From: Macrostomum lignano | Lineage: Eukaryota | DNA: 64,000 nt | Direction of reading: 5' to 3' | NCBI GenBank assembly: GCA_002269645.1 | Contig: NIVC01000135.1 | Coordinates: 1 to 64,000 of the forward strand | Part shown: piece by piece, positions 1 to 12,266 of the stretch | Numbering within the stretch: the stretch's first letter is position 1 | Layout of the letters: each line of letters starts with the position of its first letter | Program-made: the position numbers and the translations under genes | Notes under the pieces: generated by a model | What the model was told of the DNA's origin: nothing | The model's database searches: none | What the model saw: the letters and a program-made list of their open reading frames with translations, nothing else

Positions 1-1039
1 TGTTCTTAGCTTATAGTGTAATTCCCGCCCCCCCCGCCCGGCGTCTAACACACACGTTCCTTACTCAGAGAGAAACAACTGCATCATACAGTATAATGAA
101 TACAATTTAAACGGTTCGTTTCAAACATGCCTGCAGGTCAGATCGACCTGAGATACACTGTATGTTGAAGCTGCTGCAGCCTTCGCTCGCAAAAGGCGTA
201 GAGTGTATGATAAGCTATCAGCTCCAAACCAGCTGTTACTATAAAACGTGTGATTGAAATTATTTAAACTAAGGACGGTACAACAGCAGCATATGGCACG
301 AAAGGCTTTCCATCACCAGAACTACTGCAAAGCAAATTTTAGCTAAAAATCTGGCATGATTTCACTTGAGATCAAGTTAAGGTTATAAAATAGAATTTTT
401 ATACTGCTTTTTGTTAGTGGCTCTGGTTGCGGATTGAATCGCATGGTGTGTGAAAACAGGCTCTCTTTATTATCGAACTGGTGGTACATCATCACGACAA
501 TCGTTGATTATTCTAAGAACAAAAATTAAAAAATAATCCTCGGCCAATGTCAATTTTAATTTTGATCAAGTCAAGTTAAGACAGTGCTAGCTCTGTTGTT
601 GATCAGTTCTCGCTTTTTGGCAAATGTTATTCGCGATTCCTAAATGTCAATGTAGAAATTTTTTCTTAGCTATCACACATTGGCTTTAGAGCGTAGCCTA
701 ACATTAACAACAGGAAGTCAATCGATTTAAGAATCAAGAGCCACACGATCACTAAGTTTAAACTTTATGCACGCTTAGTCTAGGGCCTAGGCAGTTAAAT
801 TGTTTTGTCTGTACATTTGAATCTCATCATCCATCACAAGCTGACCAGGATAAAGAAAGCTTGCTAGTCTAGCCAGTCCTATAATATAAAAATGCCTCGT
901 AAGTAATTTTTGTGATTAGGATACTATAATAGTAACTTGGCTTTCAAACTTGTACCTCAAATAAGACCTTGGAATCTTGGATGCAATTTTGCATCATTGC
1001 ACCAGTGAAAAAACCTAGACTATGTGTTTTTAGGCCTTT

Positions 1040-2440
1040 GACTTACTTGACTTAGCTGCAGGGCTGTCCTGGAGGGGACACAGCGAGAAGGCGCGGCACC
1101 CATTCCGCTAGTCCCTGAATGGCTGACGCATCGCTATGGACGGAGGGTTGGCGCCGCCCAGGGAGGTCCCCAGTGTCGCCAGCAGCTATAGTGCTCTCTG
1201 GAAAGGAGAGTTCAGCCCTGCGGGTGGCCCGAAGTAGTGCATGAGCTGATTAAAGTTTTCGGGTTTGCACGCATCAGTAATAGATGTGTGTGGCCCGAGG
1301 TAAGTGAGTCTGGCCGCATGAAGGCGGGACAGATGCTGACGAAATGCTCAGCGGTTTTGTCACCTGAGTTGCAGAAACTACATGTGGCGTTGGTGGCGTT
1401 GCCCTGCAGGTACTGGTGCCTGGAGAAGCAGCCATGACCAGAGAGGGTCATGGTGGCAGCCCGGATGTCTCTGCGCGAGAGGCGCAAGAGGAGCTTCCGG
1501 AGCTGGTGAGAGGGCTGAGGGACAGCGCCTCTGGATTGCCTGCAGTTCGTGCGGTTTGCCCAAGTTGAGCGGTGCTGAGTCCTGATCCACGCTTTGATGC
1601 GCGAGTCGATGACACAGCCAGGAATCAGGACAAGGGTTCGGGACCGAGAGAGGAGCCGGAGGCACCAACTTTTGCAAGGGTATCAGCCAACTCATTTCCT
1701 CGGATCCCCACATGCCCCGGAACCCACTTAATGGTAATTTTGTTGGCAGAAACCCAACACATTGAGGAGTTTGATACAGTCGAGGACTGTAGCAGAGTTG
1801 GTGCTGTAGCCACTGATGGCGTGCAAGGCAGCTTGGCTGTCCGAATGGAAAATGATGTTCTTACCAGTAACGCCAGTGGCGAGAAGCTCTGCAGTGCAGG
1901 AGCTGATGGCCAGAACTTCATTTTGGAAAACATTGGAGTTGACCCCAGTGTATTGAGCGTGGGTAGCGATGACCCTCCCATTCAGAAAGATTCCAACACC
2001 AAAGCCGGTGTTGGCTGACTGCTTAGAACTGTCGGTGTAGCAATGAAGCTCACCAAGGTTCCATTGGTCATTGATGTTATCGCGCGAGTCAATAGCTACA
2101 GAGTAGTGCTGTCTCAGGTTGAGCGTTGAGGCAATGCCATCGGTGAAGACGCGATTGGCCTGACACTCGTTGAGAAAGTTGAGGCACAGATCGCTATGCG
2201 AGACAAGGTTCCGCTTAGCAGGTGCTCTCATGTAAATGAATTTGACGCCGGCATCAATTAGACGCCGCGTCGTTCTAGCCGCCTCATCCCTGATCAAGAG
2301 GTCAAGAGGCGGAAGATTAAGGAAGGCCCCATGCCAGCAAAGGGCGTGGACCTGGTGGCGTTGCAGATGAGCCTACACGCTCTGCCTTGGATCGTGTTGA
2401 GCAGGTCTGCATGGCTTTTGACCTGGATAGCGCTAACCCT
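1040..2440 (-). mobile_element. Decayed 3' part of a non-LTR retrotransposon (RNase H-containing LINE, I/LOA/R1-like): RT C-terminus, RNase H and C-terminal CCHC finger, frameshifted
   Basis: Minus strand from 2440 reads QGRACRLICNATRSTPFAGMGAFLNLPPLDLLIRD (RT thumb region). It continues YTDSSK...FQNEVLAI...IIFHSDSQAAL, then after a frameshift KWVPGHVGIRGNELADTLAK (RNase H motifs), then CSFCNSGDKTAEHFVSICP (zinc knuckle). A short taagtcaag repeated tail lies near 1040. Confidence 0.9.
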
Positions 2441-2790
2441 GCACCATTTAATAACACATTGAGCCAGATTCCTCTCCTAGCTTCTAAGTGTGGTGGTCTT
2501 GGACTTGGTGTGTGGCAGTCTTGGTCCTACACTAGTCAAGATGTTAAATAGTAATTTTACAATTTAATTTTAACTTTAATTTTAATTTTATAATTTTAAC
2601 AATTTATAATTATAAATTGTTAATAAATTGTTATAAATTATAATTATAATTATAAATTTATAATTATAATTATAACTATTTAACATCTTGACTAGGTAGT
2701 ATAAGACCAAGACTGCCACACACCAAGTCCAAGACCACCACACTTAGAAGCTAGGAGAGGAATCTGGCTCAATGTGTTATTAAATGGTGC
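2441..2790. mobile_element. Foldback/MITE-like element: ~112-bp inverted arms around an AT-only spacer
   Basis: 2441-2552 (gcaccatttaataacacattgagccag...gatgttaaatagt) is the near-perfect reverse complement of 2675-2790. The spacer is almost purely A/T (taattataa-like). No TSD seen. Confidence 0.8.
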
Positions 2791-3558
2791 GAGAGAGAAG
2801 ATAAGTAGGTAGGAAAGCCAGCAGGACAAGCCTGCGAGCGAGGAATCTATGACTAGGCCTATGAGAGGAATAGCAATGAATGAATGATAAAATATTATTA
2901 GCTCTCCCCTAATACCAATAGCTAGTAATAGCTGTGGCAGTCTTGGTATGTAGCAGTCTTAGTCATGTGCCTCTTGACTATTTATCTATTATCATATATT
3001 ATATCTTGAAAGTGTATCTTAGAGTCTAGAAAGTTATATATATATATATGCCAGAATCTGGTATACTATTTGAATTTGAAAGTTGGGCTATTTTTGTTTA
3101 CCATTTTGAGCTTGAGAAACTTTTGGTTTAAAAGTTAATGCAGTTTTTGGTATATAAATTCTAGTGAATAAATTCATGCTAGGCCCTAGGGCCTATGTAT
3201 ATACATGCTTGAAATGTTTAGTATAAAAGTATATTTGGATTTATATTTTATAAATAAATAATATTATATTTTTTATTTAATAATATTTTATAAAAAATAA
3301 AGTTAATGAAATTGATTGCTTAAAATGTTTTGCATAATTCAATTTTTTAAATTACCTTTTTACAAGAAATTTTGACATATTTTAAGGACTTTTGTTTTGG
3401 TATATATTGACATAATTTAATTAATACTCTTGTTTTAATGTATACTACTACATAATCTGGACCCTGTATTAGACCTTTGATGTAATCTGGCATCTTTGCA
3501 CTAGCCAAAAACAATCCAAAATAAAAAATATAAGTTGAAATAAATTTCTAAATAAAAT

Positions 3559-3952
3559 TAGAGGTTGGACGGGATCCTGATCCTAATCCCAAAATCTCGG
3601 GATCCCAAGGAAAATTGAATTCCTGTGGGACCAGAATCCCGACCCTAAAAAACTCAAGATTCGGGAACAGGTCTTTCAATTAATAATTTATAGAATTAGT
3701 GATTACTTGAAGGTTTTGCTTTAACTTGTACTCGTTACATTATTATTTACTTTGTTGGTTACAAAACTTCATATCAATTTTGTTGTGTTTTACTTCTTGA
3801 TCTTGACAATCTTTTCTCAATTTTGTTTAACTTTATATGGAAAATACACTAAAAGACCTGATCCCAATTCCCGAATCCCGATCCCGATCCCAAGAAAAAA
3901 ATTATTCCCAGTCCCGATCCCGCCCAAAGATTTCAATCCCGTCTGACCTCTA
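3559..3952. mobile_element. hAT-type MITE (394 bp) with TIRs and 8-bp target-site duplication
   Basis: Left TIR tagaggttggacgggat and right TIR atcccgtctgacctcta (2 mismatches). Identical 8-mer aataaaat at 3551-3558 and 3953-3960. Subterminal atccc(g) repeats. An 8-bp TSD is typical of the hAT superfamily. Confidence 0.88.
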
Positions 3953-5208
3953 AATAAAATCATTTAGTTATAAGTCAACTACAAATAATTTTTTCTATTC
4001 TATAGCAGATAGTTTGGTATTTTATAAATAGCTATTTATTTTAGTTTTATTATTTATTAAATGAATATTGGAGCAAATGTGGTTTTTTTCAGTCGGTATT
4101 TAGCATACAAAATTAGACACTAAAAAGTACATATTTAGCTTATACATCTGTGTGCCTAAGGTTGGATTTAAAAATGATATAGCAATAGTATATATAATAA
4201 TAAATTACAACAAAATACATCAATCAATTAGTAGACAATATCACAAAGGCCTAGGTGCGCCACTGGTTATACTGTCGGCAATGTTCGGTATACCAACATC
4301 AGCCAGCAGACAGTCAACAAAGTGCCAAGTATGTGCCTGCCCTTGCTAGTAAGGTGCATGTATCATTAGCAGTAGCAACTCCTGCATTGGCTCTGGGTAG
4401 TACAACTTTGTTTAGATGAGATGGCCAGCTAGCTAGAGTTGCTGACTAGACTATTTATATTATTATACTAGAAATAGTACACTATAATTTTAAATGCACT
4501 ATTTTATTCTTTAGAGTTTTTTTAGAAAGCAAACATACTAGCAAAGAAGCATGTATAGTCATGCACAGATAATTTTAATACTAGAAATGATTTCTTTTTT
4601 ATTTTAAGAATGTTGGTAAATAGATAAAAAGGCATTGGTATTGGTAATTGATAATTAGTAAGTAAGTGGACAAGAAGCATCAATAAAATGATAAGAAGTG
4701 CCAATGAATGGATATAGATTATTGATATTTCCATGGACACACTGTAATCGACAATATTAGGAGCTGATTATGATTTAGATATGTGTAAATTTGTTAATGC
4801 ATTATGGAAAAAGCAAAATTGAGTACTGAAGTGTATTTTCAAAGCTTAAATTTTGTAGCTATGTATGCACAAAGACAACAGGATAAGTTTGTTAAAGTAA
4901 AAGGCTTCTTTTAATTTATTGATGTTTATGCAAAAATGCAGCCAAAATTTTAAATGAAAAAATAGTAGCAAAAGAGCATTAAGAATATACAGTTTAGAAA
5001 GAATTATAAAATATAAAGTTTCTTAATGCATTCAAACTTGTCCTCCTCCAAAGAATAGGAAGTCAATCATTGTGATGTTGATATCCTTAGAACTATTTTT
5101 GGCAGCACTCCGCAAACTGCCAGACAATATAAATTAAAACCATTAGTGAATTCAACAAAATGAGCATCATGCTAAATTTTTTATACACAAAATTTATTGT
5201 TGCACCAG

Positions 5209-8200
5209 GTCGCTGCCAGGGCTGCTGTGGCATGTGCAAGCCGCGGTGGGTTCGGCTTGTGGACAATATCTATCCAAAAAACTATTTGGTGAGATTCTAA
5301 AAATCTAAATGCACCTCTAAGTACTACATGTTACTCAAGTGTCTGACAAATTGTCTAAAATTGTTCGCATGATAAAATCTCTGCAGAACAAGCAGCCCAA
5401 TGGGCCGAAGCTCAACTCGCTGACTCATTATTCATGCCGCAACCCTGAGAAGCTCGCTCGCATTGCCGAGTACCTGGAAAGCCGGCTGCAAAGAGATCTT
5501 TATAGGAGAAAGACTGGGTGAGTTGAGATCCGAAAAATCGGCTGTAAAACCAGTTTACTGTGAGCAGTGAGAAATTTTCCAATCCATTTTTTTATTTTAG
5601 GCACGTCTTTGTCTCCATGGACATCATTGACAATCTGATCAAGAGCTGCCAGCGACTGGACAACTTCATCTGCACCTATTTGGCTATGGTCACCAGCTTG
5701 TTGGAGAATAAGGATCCCGAGCTGCAGGTTTGGCTTATTGGCTGACTGGATTAACTGTATCGTATCCAGACTTAACAGATCCCCAGATTAGGTCTTCAGC
5801 GACCTTCTACCCTCTCAGATCCTCAGTTGCTGGGCCAGCCTCCCAGATCCTCAGTTGCTGGGCCAGCCTCCCAGATCCTCAGTTGCTGGGCCACCAGCCT
5901 CCCAGATCCTCAGTTGCTGGGCCAGCCTCCCAGATCCTGGCAGTCGCTTTGCCAGCCTTCCAGATCCTCAGTTGCTGGGCCACCAGCCTCCCAGATCCTC
6001 AGTTGCTGGGCCAGCCTCCCAGAGTGTCAGTTGCTGGGCCAGCCTTCCAAATCCCCAGTTGCTGGGCCAGCCTCCCAGAGTATCAGTTGCTGGGCCAGCC
6101 TCCCAGATCCCCAGTTGCTGGGCCAGCCTCCCAGAGTGTCAGTTGCTGGGCCAGCCTCCCAGAGTGTCAGTTGCTGGGCCAGCCTCCCAGATCCCCAGTT
6201 GCTGGGCCAGCCTCCCAGATCCTCAGTTGCTGGGCCAGCCTCCCAGATCCCCAGTTGCTGGGCCAGCCTCCCAGATCCTCAGTTGCTGGGCCAGCCTCCC
6301 AGATCTCCAGTTGCTGGGCCAGCCTCCCAGATCCCCAGTTGCTGGGCCAGCCTCCCAGATCCTCAGTTGCTGGGCCAGCCTCCCAGATCCCCAGTTGCTG
6401 GGCCAGCCCCCCAGATCCTCAGTTGCTGGGCCAGCCTCCCAGATCTCCAGTTGCTGGGCCAGCCTCCCAGATCCTCAGTTGCTGGGCCAGCCTCCCAGAT
6501 CCTCAGTTGCTGGGCCAGCCTCCCAGATCTCCAGTTGCTGGGCCAGCCTCCCAGATCCTCAGTTGCTGAGCCAGCCTCCCAGATCCCCAGTTGCTGGGCC
6601 AGCCTCCCAGATCCTCAGTTGCTGGGCCAGCCTCCCAGATCCTCAGTTGCTGGGCCAGCCTCCCAGATCCTCAGTTGCTGGGCCAGCCTCCCAGATCCTC
6701 AGTTGCTGGGCCAGCCTCCCAGATCCTCAGTTGCTGGGCCAGCCTCCCAGATCCCCAGTTGCTGGGCCAGCCTCCCAGATCCTCAGTTGCTGGGCCAGCC
6801 TCCCAGATCCTCAGTTGCTGGGCCAGCCTCCCAGATCCCCAGTTGCTGGGCCAGCCTCCCAGATCCTCAGTTGCTGGGCCAGCCTCCCAGATCCTCAGTT
6901 GCTGGGCCAGCCTCCCAGATCCCCAGTTGCTGGGCCAGCCTCCCAGATCCTCAGTTGCTGGGCCAGCCTCCCAGATCCTCAGTTGCTGGGCCAGCCTCCC
7001 AGATCCTCAGTTGCTGGGCCACCAGCCTCCCAGATCCTCAGTTGCTGGGCCAGCCTCCCAGATCCTGGCAGTCGCTTTGCCAGCCTTCCAGATCCTCAGT
7101 TGCTGGGCCACCAGCCTCCCAGATCCTCAGTTGCTGGGCCAGCCTCCCAGAGTGTCAGTTGCTGGGCCAGCCTTCCAAATCCCCAGTTGCTGGGCCAGCC
7201 TCCCAGAGTATCAGTTGCTGGGCCAGCCTCCCAGATCCCCAGTTGCTGGGCCAGCCTCCCAGAGTGTCAGTTGCTGGGCCAGCCTCCCAGAGTGTCAGTT
7301 GCTGGGCCAGCCTCCCAGATCCCCAGTTGCTGGGCCAGCCTCTCAGATCCTCAGTTGCTGGGCCAGCCTCCCAGATCCCCAGTTGCTGGGCCAGCCCCCA
7401 GATCCTCAGTTGCTGGGCCAGCCTCCCAGATCTCCAGTTGCTGGGCCAGCCTCCCAGATCCTCAGTTGCTGGGCCAGCCTCCCAGATCCTCAGTTGCTGG
7501 GCCAGCCTCCCAGATCCTCAGTTGCTGGGCCAGCCTCCCAGATCCTCAGTTGCTGAGCCAGCCTCCCAGATCCCCAGTTGCTGGGCCAGCCTCCCAGATC
7601 CTCAGTTGCTGGGCCAGCCTCCCAGATCCTCAGTTGCTGAGCCAGCCTCCCAGATCCTCAGTTGCTGGGCCAGCCTCCCAGATCCTCAGTTGCTGGGCCA
7701 GCCTCCCAGATCCTCAGTTGCTGGGCCAGCCTCCCAGATCCCCAGTTGCTGGGCCAGCCTCCCAGATCCTCAGTTGCTGGGCCAGCCTCCCAGATCCTCA
7801 GTTGCTGGGCCAGCCTCCCAGATCCCCAGTTGCTGGGCCAGCCTCCCAGATCCTCAGTTGCTGGGCCAGCCTCCCAGATCCTCAGTTGCTGGGCCAGCCT
7901 CCCAGATCCTCAGTTGCTGGGCCAGCCTCCCAGATCCCCAGTTGCTGGGCCAGCCTCCCAGATCCTCAGTTGCTGGGCCAGCCTCCCAGATCCTCAGTTG
8001 CTGGGCCAGCCTCCCAGATCCTCAGTTGCTGGGCCAGCCTCCCAGAGTGTCAGTTGCTGGGCCAGCCTCCCAGATCCCCAGTTGCTGGGCCAGCCTCCCA
8101 GATCCCCAGTTGCTGGGCCAGCCTCCCAGATCCCCAGTTGCTGGGCCAGCCTCCCAGATCTGGACTACTGCCGCACCCCCAATCTCGCAGATGACGGGCA

Positions 8201-11200
8201 CGCAGAGCTTCGAGAAGTTCTCCGAGATCGACAAGGAGACGCCCAACTACCTGAAGGAGTACGCCACTCTGCTGGAGTGCTTTGTCAAGATGTGTCACGA
8301 CGCCAGTCCCGACGAAGCGGTCCGCTGCCGGGTGCGCTGCGCTGGGCTGCAGGGCATCATGAGCATGATGCGCAAAGTGGCCTCCGATGATTTGCAGATC
8401 AACATTTGGGAACAGGTGCACATGAACCAGATCCTCTGGGGCATCTTGTTTAACCTGGAGGAGGGTTTGCAGGTGAGTTTTTCGAAAATTCGAGCCTAAG
8501 GCAAATCAGGGAGTAGAGAGCAGATTCAGTAGGGTAGAGAGCAGATTCAGTAGGGTAGAGAGCAGATTCAGTAGGGTAGAGAGCAGATTCAGTAGGGTAG
8601 AGAGCAGATTCAGTAGGGTAGAGAGCTGATTCAGTAGGGTAGAGAGCAGATTCAGTAGGGTAGAGAGTAGATTCAGGGGTGGAGAGCAAATTTAGTAGCG
8701 TAGAGAGCAGATTCAGTAGGGTAGAGAGTAGATTCAGGGGTGGAGAGCAAATTTAGTAGCGTAGAGAGCAGATTTAGGAGGGTAGAGAGCAGACTCAATC
8801 CGCACTGCAATGCCGCACCCCGCAGGCAAGCGAGGAGGCGGCCGCCGCCGCAGCCCCGACCGCAGCGGCGCCCTCAGTCGGTGGCGACGTGGCGCTGCTG
8901 GCCGAGGCGGGTGACGGAGGCGGCTGCGCCTCAGGCAGCGGCCCGCGGCCATTCGACAAGGCTAAGGAGGCCCTGGAGGACCTGGTGATGCGAGCCAATT
9001 ACAACAACATGAACTGCATAGTGGACCCGGTGCTGACCCACCTGGACCACAATCCAGACCTGTGGGCGCCCAACCGGTTCGCCGTCTTCGTATTCCACAC
9101 CATCATCTGCCGCATCCCCAAGCCGTCCCAGGCCTACGCTGTGGTGGACCGGGTCATCCAGCACCTCAACACGGTCAAGTCCACCCCGGTGAAGAAGGCA
9201 GTTGTCCAGGTTGTCAGCAGCATTGTGGGCTACGCTGCCAGCGATGCTATTGGCCCGGCCGTGTACAATGTGTTCAAGGAGCTGTGCAGGCAGCTCATGC
9301 AGAGCATCTGGTCCAGGGATGAGAGCAGCGATGTGAGTTTAGGTTGGGTGGCCACTCTTGGGATAAGTAATCGACTCATTCACTGATCCTCAGTTGCTGG
9401 GCCAGCCTCCCAGATCCTCAGTTGCTGGGCCAGCCTCCCAGATCCTCAGTTGCTGGGCCAGCCTCCCAGATCCTCATTTGCTTGTCCAGCCTCCCAAATC
9501 CTCGGTTGCTGTGCCAGCCTCCCAGATCCTCAGTTGCTGGGCCAGCCTCCCAGATTCCGGTTGCTGGGCCAGCCTCCCAGATCCTCAGTTGCTGGGCCAG
9601 CCTCCCAGATCCTCAGTTGCTGGGCCAGCCTCCCAGAGTGTCAGTTGCTGGGCCAGCCTCCCAGATCCTCAGTTGCTGGGCCAGCCTCCCAGAGTGTCAG
9701 TTGCTGGGCCAGCCTCCCAGATCCTCAGTTGCTGGGCCAGCCTCCCAGATCCTCAGTTGCTGGGCCAGCCTCCCAGATTCCGGTTGCTGGGCCAGCCTCC
9801 CAGATCCTCAGTTGCTGGGCCAGCCTCCCAGATCCTCAGTTGCTGGGCCAGCCTCCCAGAGTGTCAGTTGCTGGGCCAGCCTCCCAGATCCTCAGTTGCT
9901 GAGCCAGCCTCCCAGAGTGTCAGTTGCTGGGCCAGCCTCCCAGATCCTCAGTTGCTGGGCCAGCCTCCCAGAGTGTCAGTTGCTGGGCCAGCCTCCCAGA
10001 TCCTTAGTTGCTGGGTCACCGCCAGCCTCCCAGATTCCAAATTTGGAAATGACCCCACACGTGACCGCCGCTTGCCACCTCAGGTGGAGTCGCAGTACCG
10101 CGAGGAGGTCATCAACACGATGGTGCGCTACTCGGAGGCTTCGCCCGACACGCAGAAAGTTGAGATTATGAAGTACATTCTGTCCTTCGAGGCGCAGCAC
10201 GTTCGCATGCTGGACCAGAGCTCGCAGTCGCAGCCGGAGGTGGAGGAGCGCAAGCGCAAAATGCTGCTGAAGAGCCTGCTCAAGACTGTCAGCATGGTTG
10301 CTGAGAACTATCGAACCACAGTGATCTCCAACGCTTTCCCATTTGATTTCCTGCCTCCCCTGCTGAAGATCTCTATGAACAGCGATCCCGGCATCCGGGT
10401 TGTGGTGCAGAACATCCTGCAGCACCTCATCGATAGGCACTCTTATCGGGAGGCCTTCAGTCGGGTGCGCCTACTGCCGTTGCCCGACAGCTCGACAGGT
10501 GCGCCGTCACCGCGGCACGACAAGCCGTCTCGGCAGGACATGCAGTTCATGCGGTCCGCCATGGGCAGCGAGCTGCTCACCCACCTGTACACCCAGCTGC
10601 AGGTGAGAACTGCGCGGTTGTTATTCAAGTAATAATCATCTAGTAAAAAGTCTATGTAAATTAATCCAATGATATCAGTTTCTAAGATTTTCCTTGGGGG
10701 GGGGGAGGTGTCGCAGCCCAATGGTCCAGCACCGATCTCTGATGTACCAATGGCCCAGACTCGATTCCAAGTTGTCAGTCACATTAATTTAGGGGCCAAA
10801 TTGGAATCTCGGCTTGGCTCTGCTCGTGCCCAGAGCACAGTGAATTGTACATGCGAAACGATAAATAAAGTTTATAGTGCGTATATGTGCGTATGACTGC
10901 GTACGTATCCGCGCGCTTGTGTGCCTGCTCAGGGGACTCGGCGGAATGGGCAGCAATGCCTCTCGCCTCTTGTGTGGCGATGTCGCTTAAAATGTGCCAG
11001 TGTGCCTCTAATGAAAAAATCTATCCTGAAAATCGTCTCTGTATCTTTCTTGAGAATCGTCTCTTGATCTCACATGAGAATCGTCTCTAAGATCTCACCT
11101 GAGAATCGTCTCTAAGATCTCACCTGAGAATCGTCTCTAAGATCTCACCTGAGAATCGTCTCTAAGATCTCACCTGAGAATCGTCTCTAAGATCTCACCT

Positions 11201-12069
11201 GAGAATCGTCTCTAGATCTCACCTGAGAATCGTCTCTAGATCTCACCTGAGAATCGCGTCTAGATTTTACATGAGAATGGTTTCTAGATCTCACATGGAA
11301 ATCGTCTCTAGATCTCACCTGAGAATCGTGTCTAGATCTTACATTAGAATGGTTTCTAGATCTCACATGGAAATCGTCTCTAGATCTCACCTGAGAATCG
11401 TCTCTAGATCTCACCTGAAAATCTTCTCTAGATCTCACCTGAGAATGGTCTCAAAATAGCCCCATTATGCCGTAATGCGAACGCCCCTCAGACTGAGCAG
11501 CTTGCTTCAATCCCGCAGGAGGAGAGCAACCGGGTGGACAACTTCGAGAAGCTGTACACCACCCTGTGCCTGCTGGCGCTGGAGACTGCGGCAGATGAAG
11601 CTCTGGTTGAGTTCTTTCGCCTCGGCCTGCAGACTCAGGACTTTCTAGTCAGCGATCGGTGCGGCCTGAAGATTGTGCACAAGTCTGCCGCCATGGCGGT
11701 TGTGGCCGCCCTCTTCACCCTGCTGTGCGGCCTGCAGCCTTGCAAAGGCATCGACGCTCACGTGGCCGAGGTCGAAATTTATTCGATTTTTACAGAATAT
11801 AGCAATCATGCACTTTGTGTGCTACTTATTTAGCTACTGGGCAGTAGAATGCCTAAACTCTATATATTTAATTCCGCTAAATGCACGCAGGTGATTGAAC
11901 AGCGAAACAGCAAAGCGCCGCATTTTCTGCCTAAAGTGGCTTTCAATAGGAATAATACAGCTAAGAGGTGAGTCTGACTTGCTTTCTAGTGTCTGTCTTA
12001 GTGGCTGTCTGTCTGTCTGTCTCTCTGTCTGTCTGTCTGTCTGTCTGTCTTAGTGTCTTAGTGTCTTAG

Positions 12070-12132
<63 letters not shown>

Positions 12133-12217
12133 GTGTCTGTCTGTCTGTCTTAGTGGCTGTCTGTCTGTCTGTCTGTGTCTGTCTCTCTGTCTGTCTGTCT
12201 GTCTGTCTGTGTCTGTG

Positions 12218-12266
<49 letters not shown>

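Noticed and set aside
5169-5208. In-frame ATG at 5169 as the EFR3 start
   Set aside because: The stretch is AT-rich and ends in a good acceptor (ttgcaccag), so it looks intronic. The real first exon could not be identified, so the start is left unresolved.
5730-10632. Very long ORFs (890, 779, 412 aa and others) with a 28-aa periodic [14 protein letters not shown] sequence
   Set aside because: They are translations of a stop-free 28-bp intronic minisatellite. Read-through from the upstream exon stops at 5743-5745, and GT-AG splicing restores the conserved EFR3 sequence without them.
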